DNA of 64,000 nucleotides from Octopus sinensis. Taxonomy: Eukaryota. Below the pieces are notes generated by a model. It was not told the DNA's origin. It did not search any database and saw only the letters and a list, made by a program, of their open reading frames with translations. Every line of letters begins with the position of its first letter. The stretch's first letter is position 1. The DNA lies in NCBI RefSeq assembly GCF_006345805.1, contig NC_043005.1, positions 108,252,001 through 108,316,000 of the forward strand, given 5' to 3'. Shown here piece after piece: positions 1-13,351 of this stretch. A program made the translations under genes and the position numbers.

Positions 1-61
1 GTATAAATATGTATATATATGTATGTGTAAATATATATATATATATATATACACACACACT

Positions 62-99
<38 letters not shown>

Positions 100-138
100 A
101 TATATACATATTATATATATATATATTTATATAGATAT

Positions 139-207
<69 letters not shown>

Positions 208-300
208 GTATATATGAAATATATACATATATATATATATGGTATATATATAATATATATATATTATATATATATATATAATAATATATATAATATATAA
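1..300. repeat. (AT)n microsatellite, imperfect
   Basis: Near-continuous TA dinucleotides. Confidence 0.95.
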
Positions 301-564
301 AAAATAGAATATTTTTTTCCTTTAGAATGACATAATTTTTAAAGAAATATATATTTCGCATTTAGCTTTTCAAATTTCTTGAAAAGCTAAATGCGAACCG
401 GTCTTTCTTTAAAAATTATGTCATTATAAAGGAAAAAAATTTTTTTTAAAAAATTTTCTAATATTCTTCAGACATATTGACGCAAATATATATATTTTTT
501 AACATTTAAGCCTTCTGTCGTTTTTTCACTCTTTGCTATTTTTTATATATTCACCCACGTGCTT

Positions 565-620
565 TCATAAACCAACTTTCTTATTATAATATATATATAT
601 ATAATATATATATTATATAT

Positions 621-688
<68 letters not shown>

Positions 689-745
689 ATTTATTACACC
701 TACATATATATACATATTTACACACACATATATATATATATATAA
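565..745. repeat. Compound (AT)n/(GT)n microsatellite
   Basis: Visible TA and TG runs. Confidence 0.9.
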
Positions 746-769
746 AGTTTCTTCCAGAGACACATATAT

Positions 770-946
770 ATTCTTTTCTACACTAAGCACAAGGCTCAAT
801 TTTTTTGTGGGAGGGAAAGGGGCCAGTCAATTAGATAGACCCAAGTATGCAACAGGTACGTAATTTATCGACTCCGAAAGGATGAAAGGCAAAGTCGACC
901 TCGGCGGAATTTAAACTCAGAATGTAATGGCAGACGAATAGACGTA
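770..946 (-). mobile_element. SINE family A (tRNA-derived, Meta-like core), partial, tail type A2
   Basis: Contains gaaaggatgaaaggcaaagtcgacctcggcggaattt, shared with more than 12 other copies in the window. Confidence 0.8.
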
Positions 947-1194
947 TATATATTACAAACATATAATCAATAGTCATGTATCATACTATTATATACTATT
1001 TACATACTTCCATAGTTAGTTTCCTTTACATTCATTCATAAAATGTGTATATTATACATAAATGCAAATCTATGTATCAATCAATCACTTACTCAGTCGG
1101 TCAATCAATCACTGTAACTATCTCACTATCCATATATTGTTCCCTCACACAATCTATTCGTCCTTGTAAACATTTACTTGGCAGTGTATGTCTA

Positions 1195-1372
<178 letters not shown>

Positions 1373-2501
1373 GAAGGAAGGTTTGAAAATGCAATTTTAA
1401 AAGATGTTTATTTACTTTCCCGGTTTCACTCTTTGGAAAAAGATTGTCAAAAGTAACATGTAAAAGTTTGGTTGCGTTAATTATTGGTTGTTACAAAATG
1501 CTACATTACATATATACAGTCTTTGGTAACAAGGACATGTTAAGGAAATAAAAAAGTTTAACAAGTTCCTTAAAATATTGGGCACAAAAGATTACAACAT
1601 AAATATACATTCTCAAGAAAATGTTAAAGATTGTTTCCAGAAGTTCAGAGGGATATTGGTATTGTAAACCACATAGACACATCTATTCACACCACATATG
1701 TAACACACACACGCACACACACACACACACTCTCGAACCATTCTGACCTCTAAAGACCAATCCCCAAAATCATTAATAGGCAATAAAAATAATAGAACCC
1801 ACGTAGTTCCATGGTTAATAGTGATTATTGCGGGACAACTTGGTAAAGCAAACTTAATACCAAACTTGATTAGAAAGTTCTAATGACTCCGAAGACCATC
1901 AAGCAATACCAGAACTGAATTTAAAGGCAACAAATTGATGAGAGGGCAGTAGAAGGTTTAGTCATTATATTTGTTGAATGAAATCTTATCTTAGAGCTGG
2001 ATACCCTGATAAACTAGGAAAACTAAATTAAAATAAGGTAAACGTAAACAATGAATTGCATGAACAAGAGTTATATTACTAATGACAACAATAAAAAAAA
2101 TAATCTTTCATTAAAGAAAAATTTTATGAAATATTTAATAAAATTAAATTACTATATTTGCCAGTATTTATGATACACTTTAGCATAAGATGCACTCTAA
2201 TTTTACTAGTAGATTTCGTGGAAGAAGTAAATTTAGTATGTTTCATCACAAGCTGACTGAAAGGTATTTTAAAGTGGTTTTGTTGGGAAAATATATTGTT
2301 CTGTGCATATAAAGAGAATGCTGTGACAGTATACTGGCAAAATGTACGAAACCATAAATTTGTGAAATACGAACCATGTTATGGGAATACCGTATTTCAA
2401 CTTAATTTTCTTTCTGTTCAACAGTATAGTTGATTATATTTTCCTCAAGGGAATTGCCATTCAGAATATAAAACTTTTGTCTACTATATTCTATGTTACA
2501 G

Positions 2502-2636
2502 CAATCGGCCACCAGGTTGGTGCTCCACCGCTATGATTTTGTTGTCATCCACTCATTGCAAATTGCTGATAAGCTGATGAAAAATCTAGCATTCCTTTCA
2601 TCTTTCTGGGAGAATTTTCATGTAGATGATTTATAA
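2502..2636 (+). CDS. Candidate terminal coding exon of an upstream gene (QSATRLVLHRYDFVVIHSLQIADKLMKNLAFLSSFWENFHVDDL*)
   Basis: Acceptor ttttgtctactatattctatgttacag at 2501, 44 open codons to TAA in non-repetitive sequence, AATAAA near 3305. No homolog recognised. Confidence 0.3.
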   Translation, partial: QSATRLVLHRYDFVVIHSLQIADKLMKNLAFLSSFWENFHVDDL

Positions 2637-2644
2637 AATGTTTC

Positions 2645-2862
2645 TTAACCCTTTAGCATTCAGATTATTCTACACTTATATATTCACATTCTTTTGAATT
2701 AGTTATATATTATCTTGAGGCTTTGAGATTTTGATGATGGGATTGTATATTTTTAAAATGACATCATGGAGTAAGCGTGAGAGGCCAAATTCAACTGGTT
2801 TGAACATAAAACACGTAGAATATTTGGGTTGGATATAACCAGTTTAAATGCTAAATGATTAA
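2645..2862. mobile_element. TTAA-flanked MITE (piggyBac-like termini)
   Basis: Left TTAACCCTTTAGCATT and right AATGCTAAATGATTAA are imperfect inverted termini with TTAA at both ends. Confidence 0.6.
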
Positions 2863-3399
2863 AGGTAACATTGTTATTAAATAATGTAAAACACATCAAA
2901 TGTGAGTTTTGTATGCTAGGAAGGTGATATAACAAGGTGATGTGACCTTTCCACATAACTGCTGATGTAGCGATAGCAATTTTGTATAAGTTTGTGCAAA
3001 CAGACTGTGATAATTTGGCTTGTTCTCAATATTTTATTAATAGTAGCTATTATTGTGCTGCGCAGACTTATACTTATTTGGCTCCATTGCCTACAACATT
3101 TCGTCTCCCATCGTGATATAGCCACATTGAATGCTGGGCAATTTTTGGTACATTTAAAAATAAAAATATGTACATCTTGCACAATGATTAGTACAGTATA
3201 TTTGTTGGTGAAAGATAATATTAAATCAAGAAACTTAATAGAAATCTGCCATTTTAATAACTTATTTAGCAATATATGAATATGGATAATAATACTAAGT
3301 AATCAATAAAAATATTTTTAAAGCAGGCTCTAGATTTCTGAGAGAAGGTCGCGCTTTTTGGTCTGAGAGGCCTCAGGTTTTCCATTATTAATTTAGTAG

Positions 3400-3510
3400 A
3401 TTATAACAATCCAGCGCTTGACTGGCTCTTTATTTTACCGAACCCGAAAGGGTAAAAGGTACAATAGATATCGGAGGGATCCGAATTCAGAATGTAAAAA
3501 AAAGCTGAAA
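3400..3510 (-). mobile_element. SINE family A, degenerate fragment
   Basis: acccgaaagggtaaaaggtacaatagatatcggagggatccgaattcagaatgtaa resembles the family A core. Confidence 0.55.
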
Positions 3511-3551
3511 CATATTCTGCAGAGCACTTTATTTCAAATCGAATTTTCCAC

Positions 3552-3555
<4 letters not shown>

Positions 3556-3615
<60 letters not shown>

Positions 3616-3617
3616 TT

Positions 3618-3690
<73 letters not shown>

Positions 3691-3757
3691 TGATAATAAT
3701 AATAATAATAATAATATAATAATAATAATAATAATGATAATAATAATAATAATAATA

Positions 3758-3800
<43 letters not shown>

Positions 3801-3816
3801 CGACGATGATGATGAC

Positions 3817-3857
<41 letters not shown>

Positions 3858-3865
3858 CGACGACG
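3556..3865. repeat. (AAT)n grading into (GAT)n/(GAC)n
   Basis: Direct inspection. Confidence 0.95.
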
Positions 3866-4223
3866 AGTTTTCCTATTCCGTTACTATCATTAGTATTCTA
3901 GCATAATTGAATTTAGGATTGTTTCATCTTGATTATGTTTTGTGTTTTGCCACTTCGTTATCTTGCTATTCAGTGTTAGAAATCTGCTTGCTGGCTGCGC
4001 GTGCACCCGATCCCGCCCTTACCACCTATGCCAAATAAGGAAATCCCCAAATCTCACGTTCATCCCATCAACTCCTCTTGTATTTTGTTAATAATAATGG
4101 TAGTACTTAAGATCATTAAGAACATGATAGTAATAAGAATAGTAATTAGAATGATAATAAGAATATTATTAGTTACATTCCAGAAGCGCCTAGCATCCAG
4201 AATGTCATTAGGCACTCACTATC

Positions 4224-4458
4224 TATTTCTTTGCTACCCACAAGGGGCTAAACACAGAGGGGACAAACAAGGACAGACAAACGGATTAAGTTGATTATAT
4301 GGACCCCAGTGCGTAACTTGTACTTATTTAATCGACTCCGAAAGGATGAAAGGTAAAGCTCGACCTCGGCGGAATTTGAACTCAGAACGCAGCGGCGGAC
4401 GAAATACTGCAAAGCTTTTCGCCCGGCCCGCTATCGTTTCTGACAGCTCGCCGCCTTG
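4224..4458 (-). mobile_element. SINE family A full-length (tail A1) with 15-bp TSD
   Basis: TSD taggcactcactatc at 4209-4223 and 4459-4473. B-box-like GAGTTCAAATTCC on the minus strand. Confidence 0.9.
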
Positions 4459-4609
4459 TAGGCACTCACTATCCTCTATCAGTCGGGCGATGCAGTAGGC
4501 GAAAGTTCCTGGGTAGTAAAATAGAGAAATCTAATGGTGAGTAAGAGCGATGACGTTTACAGGAAAATCTAGACCTCAACATTCTACCAATAACATTTAA
4601 AATTATCAA

Positions 4610-4930
4610 TAATAATATGGGCCCCGGATTATTGCAGCAGGTCTTCATCACTGTTTGTCAAATACTCGGCAAGCGTTCTCCATTCACTCCTTATCCAATG
4701 GTCTATGCTAACTTGTCAAAAAGTGCGTATAAAGCATATGCAATAATGTACAAATGTCTGGAAAGTGAACAGTGTATGAGTCAGATACATGCTTGCATGT
4801 GTATGGAGGGGAGAAAATCAGGTGTAGTGTTGGCGAATCTCAGGAAGCATGGAAGTTTTGAAGGATGCACTGCTCCGACAACTAACAACTGATGCCGGCA
4901 GTTTGCTCCATGCTTCAGCAACACTTGGGC
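4610..4930 (-). mobile_element. CR1-like LINE 3' end fragment (ORF2 C-terminus plus 3'UTR)
   Basis: Minus strand 4930-4818 reads SVAEAWSKLPASVVSCRSSASFKTSMLPEIRQHYT*, resembling the CR1/L2 C-terminal RVV.AWN.LP..VV...S...FK motif. Confidence 0.6.
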
Positions 4931-5299
4931 TCAAATCTTGTAATTGTCAAGATTACGTTTCATCACCCCAGGGTCTATAAGATGAAAGTAAAATACATTA
5001 ATATACGACTCGCAAGCACCTGTTACGAATTCATCGATCCGATGAGTGGCTCATTGTAAACCTGGAAGCAGCGACGCTAAAATTCACAATTTGCCTTAGG
5101 AAATAAATAATGCCTAAAGTACATAAGTTGTCTCATATCGACTTCCCACATCCACTCCCTGAGACTAATGCTGAGTCTTTTTTGTTTGGGTTTGCTTTAG
5201 CTTAGCCTTCATCTCCGTCTTCATGTTATATCCATTTCCTGGTGTTTTTCTCCCGTTTTGTTTTTCAATTATATTTTCAGGATTTCCTTTCATATCTCC

Positions 5300-5343
5300 A
5301 TCGCAATCTTACTCCTCCTCCTCCTCCTCCTCCTTGTCATCAT

Positions 5344-5374
<31 letters not shown>

Positions 5375-5385
5375 AGCAGCAGAAG
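5300..5385. repeat. (CCT)n-(CAT)n-(CAG)n compound trinucleotide repeat
   Basis: Direct inspection. Source of the polyP/H/Q pseudo-ORF. Confidence 0.9.
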
Positions 5386-5569
5386 CATTTCAATCACCAT
5401 CCTGCCCCTTCCCTCCTACACTTATGTTTATTGCTTCTGCTTATGTTTTGTACCTGTCGGCCTTCTTGAAGATGGAAAACAACTTAAATTTGTTCTGATT
5501 ATTATTTTTATTGTTACCATTTATTTTTACGTTTATGCTATTTGCATTAATTTCCCCTTATTGTCCAAT

Positions 5570-5800
5570 ATACATACATACGTACACACACACACATACA
5601 CACTCACACACACACACACATAAATATATATACATATATATGTGTGTGTACATATATATATATTATAGCAGCTATATACAAGTATATGTACAAATGCATA
5701 TATGTATATATATATATATATATATAACATCATTTATATATGTGTATGTATATAGCATGTATATATATATGTATATATGTGTGTGTGTGTATGTGGATGT
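5570..5800. repeat. (CA)n/(TA)n microsatellite
   Basis: Direct inspection. Confidence 0.9.
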
Positions 5801-5885
5801 GTAATCTTCCAGTGCTTTTTTATATAACAATCCAATGAAAGAATTCTCCCAGTCCAATGGCAAACATATTTCTAGATTTCTTTCT

Positions 5886-5964
<79 letters not shown>

Positions 5965-5981
5965 CAGCAGCAGCAGCAGCA
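5886..5981. repeat. (GTA)n then (GCA)n
   Basis: Direct inspection. Confidence 0.95.
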
Positions 5982-6461
5982 ATGCACTGTAAATCCTGAT
6001 GTTATTTCTTTATACGTATTTTTTCTGCTATCTGTTCTCATTAGTTCCCACTTGACTTCCAACTGAGTACATTTTAACTGTAATATATCGCTGGTACAAC
6101 TAAAGTATCGATACCTATTATTTTATTTTGCTATTTTAGATTTCCTTTCAACTGAAATATAGTGAGGAAAAAGAGACAACTTAACCATTTATCTACAACA
6201 AAACATCGTTAACAAATAATGATTACTTTGGACTTGTAGAAGGTCAGTAATTATAATTATTTATTTATGGCTGGCGATAAAATTGATTTCATCGATCAAA
6301 GCATATTAAACAGAGAGAAAGAGAGGGAGGGAGGGAGGGAGGGAGAGAGACGGAGAGAGGGGGATACAGAGGGGGAGAAAGAAAGAGAGCCCTGCTAGAA
6401 ATAGCAAGAAAATTTTCGGGTCATACCTTTGAAATGATTATGCTTATATTTTCTTTTAGCA

Positions 6462-6870
6462 TTTACTTGTTTTAATCATTAGATCATGGTCATGTTGGAG
6501 CAACGCGTCGAAGAATTTTAATCAAACCAATTGACCCCATCGCTTATTTTTCCTTTTTCGAAGCCTAGTACTTTTTCTATCGGACTCTTTTGGCGAACAA
6601 CTAAATGAAGGTGATATGGAGAGACAAACACTGGTTGCCAAGTGGTGGTGGTCGGACAAATTAAGATACAAAAACACACATGTATAGATACATATACATA
6701 TATATGATGGGCTTCTTTCAGTTTCCGTCTACCAAATCCACTCACAAGGCTTTGATCGGTCCAAACATTTAGTACAGGACACTTGCCCAAAGTATTATAC
6801 AGTGAGTCTGAACCTGGAATCATGAGATCGGGATGCGAACTTCTTACCACACAGCCACTCCTGTGTCTAC
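6462..6870 (-). mobile_element. SINE family B (tRNA head, CORE-like domain, internal microsatellite), diverged
   Basis: Shares cagtttccgtctaccaaatccactcacaaggc and ccacacagccactcct with the other B copies. Confidence 0.85.
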
Positions 6871-7490
6871 ATTGTTTAATCCTAGATTCCCAGTACTAAG
6901 AAGAAAAAAAGGCTCAAAAAACGTCGAGTTGGTTACATTTGGAAGACTTCGCTTGTTCAGAGCTGACCTGGAACTAAACCACAACATTTATTACTTATGA
7001 GGGCCGTTGAGAGAAAATCCAAGCAGTCGCTTCTCCTACTTGTCCTACTAGAAATAGCTACCAAATTTCCCGCCAAACATATCTGCTGCCTTAAAAAGAT
7101 AAACAGGACAGATTAGATAATGCATGATAATGATATTCTTGCAAAGGCAATACGATGGGATGATCACATTCCAACTGCATTTGATGGAAAGTCCGCTTGA
7201 ACAGGATTTAACTGAGGATAAACAACTATTATAACTATTTATCATATTGACCTAACACCTATACAATGAAGGTCCTATCTGAGTGGAATTTTTAATTTAG
7301 AATTTAGAGGGATAAAATATTATTCCATGGGGTATATATTCTTGTGACCTCCCATAGTCACTAATTTCTGTCTTCCAAATAAAAAGATAGGACAGTATAT
7401 ATTATTATTATTATTATTAATATTATTATTGTTGTTGTTGTTGTTATTTTTATCATTATTATTATTATTATGATTATTCATGACATTATT

Positions 7491-7706
7491 AAGGTGGCAA
7501 GCTGGCAGAATCGATCACATGCCGGGCGAAATGCCTAACAGTATTTCGTCTGGTCTGCCGCTATGTTCTGAGATCAAATTCCGTCGACTTCGCCTTGTAT
7601 CTTTTCAGAGTCGATAAATTAAATACTAGTTGAGTACGGGGGTCAATGTAATCGACTTAACCCTCACACAAAATTTCAGACCTTGAGCTTATAGTAGAAG
7701 GGATCA
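7491..7706 (+). mobile_element. SINE family A, tail A2
   Basis: ggcaagctggcagaatcg head, core, and aaatttcagaccttgagcttatagtagaa tail. Confidence 0.8.
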
Positions 7707-8034
7707 TTAATGATATTATTTTTAAACATGACTTAATCAAAGATGGAAAGACTGCGGCCATAATTATTTATCAATATTAGAGAGGCGGGAACAACATAAT
7801 TTTAGAATATAGACCTGACCTGTTTACACCCAAAAGGTGTTTTAAGGACATGTGGCCGTGTTTTCCTGCGGTTCGGATTCAGTTTTTCAACCAAGAAAAA
7901 AGCATATAAAAATGTTAACTATAAATGTACAAGATATTAAAAAGCCATTAGATCAACAGTAAGTCACGCACACCATCTCCGCCATCTTCCCCAGTCATCT
8001 ACCAACCTCTTAGTTTCCACCATCTCCCTGTCAG

Positions 8035-8459
8035 TTACTCTTACTCTTTACTCTCTTTTACTTGTTTCAGTCATTTGACGGCGGCCATGCTGGAGCACCG
8101 CCTTTAGTCGAGCAAATCGACCCCGGGACTTATTCGCTGTAAGCCCAGTACTTATTCTATCGGTCTCTTTTGCCGAACCGCTAAGTAACGGGGACATAAA
8201 CACACCAGCATCGGTTGTCAAGCAATGCTAGGGGGACACACAAAGACACATAAACACACACATACACACACATATATATATATATACATATATACGACGG
8301 GTTTCTTTCAGTTTCCGTCTACCAAATCCACTCACAAGGCTTTGGTCAGCCCGAGGCTATGGTAGAAGACACTTACCCAAGGTGCCACGCAGTGGGACGG
8401 AACCCGGAACCATGTGGTTGGTAGACAAGCTACTTACCACACAGCCACTCCTGCGCCTA
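8035..8459 (-). mobile_element. SINE family B full-length
   Basis: Minus strand: taggcgcaggagtggctgtgtgg head, ccttgggtaagtgtcttct CORE-like block, (AGAGTAA)n tail. Confidence 0.9.
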
Positions 8460-8600
8460 CTTCATATTAATTTCTGATCTTCTAATATATTTTTAAGTGG
8501 GGTTGCGTAGGGAAAGCAATCTGTGTATGACCATATTTACAAGAACTTGTTGCTATTGGATCCCATATCATTCTGATTCAGCAGACGATAGTGCATCTAA

Positions 8601-9111
8601 GGATGGCTGCGAGCTGGTAGAATCGTTTGCAGGCCGGGCGAAATGCTTTGTGGTATTTCGTCTGCCGTTACGTTCTGAGTTCAAATTCCGCCGAGGTCGA
8701 CTTTGCCTTTCATCCTTTAGGGGTTGATAAAATAAGTACCAGTTACGCACTGGGGTCGATGTAATCGACTTAATACCTATGCTTGTCCTTGTTTGTCCCC
8801 TCTATGTTTAGCCTTTTGTGGGTAATAAAGAAATAGGTATTTCGTCCGTCGCTATGTTCTGAGTTCAAATTCCGCCGAGGTCGACTTTGCCTTTCATCCT
8901 TTCGCGGTCGATAAAATAAGTACCAGTTACGCACTGGTGTCGATGTAATCGACTTAATACCTTTGTCTGTCCTTGTTTGTCCTCTCTGTGTTTAGCCCCT
9001 TGTGGGTAATAAAGAAATAGGTATTTCGTCCGCCGCTATGTTCTAAGTTCAAATTCCGCCGAGGTCGACTTTGCCTTTCATCCTTTCATCCTTTCGGGTA
9101 ATAAAGAAATA
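8601..9111 (+). mobile_element. SINE family A concatemer (about 2.5 units) with 14-bp TSD
   Basis: TSD gatagtgcatctaa at 8587-8600 and 9112-9125. Internal 184-bp unit with junctions at 8836/8837 and 9020/9021. Confidence 0.9.
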
Positions 9112-9354
9112 GATAGTGCATCTAATGGCAAAGGCTACATTATCTATCTTTCCACTGTTTATTTTTAAAATCCAGTAAGGTTTGGTTATGGCGAGGGACC
9201 TCTGTTGTTTCTAGCATGTTATGCTCCTTCATATCACATTTAAAAGAGAAAGGTTGTGACAGTGTCTCTATGTATGACGAAATACTTTATTTTCTGCTGC
9301 TTAATAATTGACACAAGCGTTTCCTTGATCATTACCTTTTCAACAATTTCTTTT

Positions 9355-9835
9355 TCAATACGCTCGTTTGTTCCATATTCAAACAAAGAAATCTTAATGA
9401 TTTTTCTATAAAATTGTTTTTACAAAGTTATGGCATTTTTCTCACTTTCACCTTCTAAAGTTCATTATTTACACCCATAAAATACAGTTAAAATTGTTGT
9501 TGCACTTAAAAATTAACTTGACCTGTTATTTGTAATCTTTTATACATTATTTTTCAAACGCGCTCTAATTATACTAAAGCCATTGTAACTGTTGCAATTT
9601 GGTATTTTATTCCTGCTTTTGATCTCAAATCTTTTATTGTTCTAAAATATTTGAATTTATCACCTTGTTTTAACATCTTTCTTGATATTTACATTACGTT
9701 ATTATTGCTGTTAGAAATAATTGTTTTACTTTTTGCAAACTTTGCCTTCGTTTCATAACCTCTTGCAGTAGTATGAAGACGCGTTGTTAGATCTTTAAAT
9801 TCTGCATTATGTCCTTTTAAATCAATATCCTCGTA
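9355..9835 (-). mobile_element. Decayed RTE-clade LINE, RT C-terminal region
   Basis: Frameshifted minus-strand translation: EDIDLKGHNAEFKDLTTRLHTTARGY...KSKTII...DKFKYF...FYGCK...TNERI, matching the RTE pattern FADDIDL...YG...KSK...FKYLG...LYGCE.W. Confidence 0.7.
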
Positions 9836-10086
9836 TTAATGTAGATTATTACTTTTGTTGTAACTTATTTAATATTTTGTTTAACAGTTTCACAGGTTTC
9901 TATCATTTCGTATATCAGAAAAAAATAATCTGTACATTAGTAAATATCAAACAAAGTCCTATGAGTAACTATTAAAGCCATTTACATATTGGGTACGATA
10001 CATGAGTATGAATCTCTTTATCATATGCAGCGTTTATTTTATGTGTATGTATGTGTGCAAATACACATACATATATTCATGCACAA

Positions 10087-10230
10087 CCTATTTCTTTACT
10101 ACCCACAAGGAGCTAAATACAGAGAGGACAAACAAGGACAGACAAATGGATTAAGTCGATTATATCGACCCCAGTGCATAAGTGGTACTTATTTAATCGA
10201 CCCTGAATGGATGAAAGGTAAAGTCGACCT
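10087..10230 (-). mobile_element. SINE family A, 5'-truncated
   Basis: ctatttctttactacccacaagg ... ggtaaagtcgacctc. Confidence 0.85.
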
Positions 10231-10814
10231 CATGCACAACCGTATACATACGTATTTCTTTGTTTTTTAGATACTCTTGAAAGTGGGTATTTTACCCGAA
10301 ATATCAGAACTAATAGAATAGCTAACAGAAATAAGTACAAGTTATTATGAACAACACAATATTTGATGCTGGTGTCCAACACAGTTGCAATCCAATGACT
10401 AAAAAGAACACTATATTCTCTTTTTAATATAGGGCATATCTACGATATCGTATTTATTTGTTGTTGGTTAGGTTAAAGTCAGCTTTGATCCTGAGATTAC
10501 AGTATTCAATGATTACCTCCTTTTTAAATCATGATAGTAATATGATCTGAGGACGATATGCTTATTATTTGTTGGAAAACGGATGTCCACATAAGGGGTC
10601 CATTGTTGGCTCTTTTGTTTTAGTGTGCGCCTGTGTATATGTGTGAGTGGAGAGAGAGCGAGAGAGAGAGATAAAGAGATAGACAGGCAGAAAGAGAGAG
10701 AAATTGGTGTGTATCTAGTTGATGTTTAACCCGAGGTCAAGTCTGATTCAGCGAACTTCAGATCAAAAATATTTGTTTCGTGTCTATCCATCATTTTTTT
10801 CTTCTTATACAATA

Positions 10815-11202
10815 CTAGCAGTATCGCCCGGCGTTGCTCGGGTTTGTAAGGGAAATAACTATATAAGCATTTTTAGAGAGTTACTTCCCTTATATAATAG
10901 CAAAAACTGCATTAAAAATGGGAAAAAATGATGGTAAATCTTTTTTAAATCGTAGACATTTTTAGAGAGTTACTTCCCTTTTATAATAGCGAAAAAATGC
11001 ATTAAAATGGAAAAAAATGATGGTAAATTATTTTTTAAAATCGTAGACTCATCGTAGACGCGCGCTAACACCCAGAAGGGCTCGATATGAATCACGACTA
11101 TAAGATACCCGGTTTTGGTTAAACTGCACCGCAAAATGTGGGAGTAGTTAGGAATCTAAATCGTAGGAGACAGACACACAACTTCACTTTTATATATAAA
11201 GA
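10815..11202 (-). mobile_element. Non-autonomous Helitron
   Basis: Minus strand starts TC (11202), ends CTAG (10815), sits between A and T. GC hairpin CCCGAGCAACGCCGGG 8 nt from the 3' end. Internal duplication of about 90 bp (10868-11050). Confidence 0.8.
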
Positions 11203-11710
11203 TATTTAGAACTACATTGTCCAACGTATCCTTCAGTCATAAGACTGTAGGATCTAGCCTATCAGAGTGTTGGACGCTATTTCTAACACGCGAAACAAAC
11301 GAAAAAAGGATTTTCCATTGGGTGTTCTTGTGGAAGTCAGTTGTTGTTTATATCACTCCTGACTTAGATGATGGAGTTTCAGAGGCATTTTAGCTATGGC
11401 CATACTGTCCATATTTCGGGAAATGCGTATCTGGAAATATATTCGCAAATGGGTCCATCCACGTTGGAGATTTGTAGGAGTGTAATTAATCCACTGTTTA
11501 AAGCCGGCTGAGCAACAATTCAGAGGCTACTATGCTATCTCTGCTTTTGCTGTTACAGTTGTTGTTGTTGTTTGCTCCAGGTCAAATCAATTATGCAGAA
11601 CTATTATTAAAAACATTCAAAACGTGAGTATCCTTATCCTTTTCCCCCCTTTGCGAGGAAATTCAGCTGTTATTTTTAACAATTTGAGCAATTCTCTCTT
11701 TTTCTCTCTC

Positions 11711-12120
11711 TCTTTTACTTGTTTCAGTCATGTGACCGTGGCCATGCTGGAGCACCGCCTTTTAGTCGAGCAAATCGACCCCAGGAATTATTCTTTGTAA
11801 GCCTAGTACTTATTATATCGGTCTCTTTTTGCCGAACCGCTAAGTTACGGGGACGTAAACACACCACCATCGGTTGTCAAGCGATGTTGGGGGTACAAAC
11901 ACAGACACACAAACACATACACACACATACATATATATACATATATATACATATACGACGGGCACTTTTCAGTTTCCATCTACCAAATCCACTCACAAGG
12001 TTTTGGTCGGCCCGAGGCTATAGTAGAAGACAATTGCCTAAGGTGCCACACAGCGGGACTGAACCCGGAACCATGTGGTTGGTAAGCAAGCTACTTACCA
12101 CACAGCCACTCCTGCGCCTA
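11711..12120 (-). mobile_element. SINE family B full-length
   Basis: Close match to the 8035-8459 copy. Confidence 0.9.
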
Positions 12121-12477
12121 TTACAGAAGTTACAACGTTTTCCTTTCTTTTGTCAAAGTCATTATCTAAGGCAAAATACATTAACATATGATTCGAATTA
12201 AATTCGAATTCAGAAATGTCTTCTTAATTTTGCGAACGTTCGTTTCTGCAGGATCACATGATGGATAAACCCTTACAAATAATATGTAGGAATAATTAAA
12301 GGCAGAAGTGTTGTCAGAAGGTATTACATTCAGGCTGATTTCCAGCTTGCTGTGTTGTCAGGTTCTATCAAACTGTCCAACACACACCATCATGGAAAAT
12401 AAACGTTAAATGATGAATAGGCTGACAGACAAACAGACAAGCAGAAAGACATGCAAATGGCCCCCCACACACAGAGA

Positions 12478-12486
12478 TAGATAGAC

Positions 12487-12577
<91 letters not shown>
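12478..12577. repeat. (GATA)n
   Basis: Direct inspection. Confidence 0.95.
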
Positions 12578-12693
12578 AAGAGTATATGCAAGCACATTCA
12601 GAAATGCGTATATCTATTTATGCACACAGAGTTAGGCACCCACACATGCAAATGTATCTAAATACATATGAAAATATATATAAATCTCTCTCT

Positions 12694-12757
<64 letters not shown>

Positions 12758-12762
<5 letters not shown>

Positions 12763-12962
12763 ATGCAAACTTGAAAACGCAAAGAGAAAACACAACAACG
12801 CGAGGACGTGGAACAAGTATAGTGTTATTGGACGCTCAGGAAAGGAAAGAAAGAAGGAGGATTTAACGTTTCGAGCGGAGCTCTTCGTCAGAAACATAGA
12901 AAAAGAAAAGATCCAAGAAAGCGAAGATGGAAGAAGAAAAATCGCCAACGATACACACGCGG
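12758..12962 (-). mobile_element. Family F remnant (Penelope-like terminus) embedded in (TA)n
   Basis: Reverse complement matches 16563-16759 and 47884-48085. Carries CTGACGAAGAGCTCCGCTCGAAACGTT. Confidence 0.7.
12861..12895 (-). ncRNA. Minimal type-I hammerhead ribozyme motif (canonical CUGACGA core)
   Basis: GUUU-CUGACGA-A-GAGC-UCC-GCUC-GAAAC-GUU-AAAU: helix I GUUU/AAAU, helix II GAGC/GCUC, palindromic ACGU helix III, GUU site. Confidence 0.6.
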
Positions 12963-13195
12963 ATAAATATATATATATATATATATAGTAGAAATATGTT
13001 TTGAAAAAAAATATAAAATACACGTAGAAGTGTAAGGGTAAAATAAGAAAAGTCAGCGAAAATGCGTATTGCAAGTATAAAAAGACTATTTATGATAGGT
13101 AGTGACAAAAATATACATTGAGAGTATTACGAATCAAAAAGGTCATTATTATTGATGATTATAAGAAGTTAATAATAATAATAATAAGGTAAGAG

Positions 13196-13229
<34 letters not shown>

Positions 13230-13235
<6 letters not shown>

Positions 13236-13335
13236 ATCACGTGGCCGACTAGTCCATCAGATGTAGTTACATATCGCTGGTCACAATGCGTTCGCATTGT
13301 TTTAGCCTTCGAGCAGACTAAGCGAGCAGGCCAAT
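13230..13335 (-). mobile_element. 3' tail fragment of SINE family C (same tail as 57830-57945)
   Basis: atcgctggtcacaatgcgttcgcattgttttagccttc is the reverse complement of gaaggctaaaacaatgtgaagcacattgtgaccagcgat near 57860. Confidence 0.65.
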
Positions 13336-13351
13336 ATATATATATATAAAA

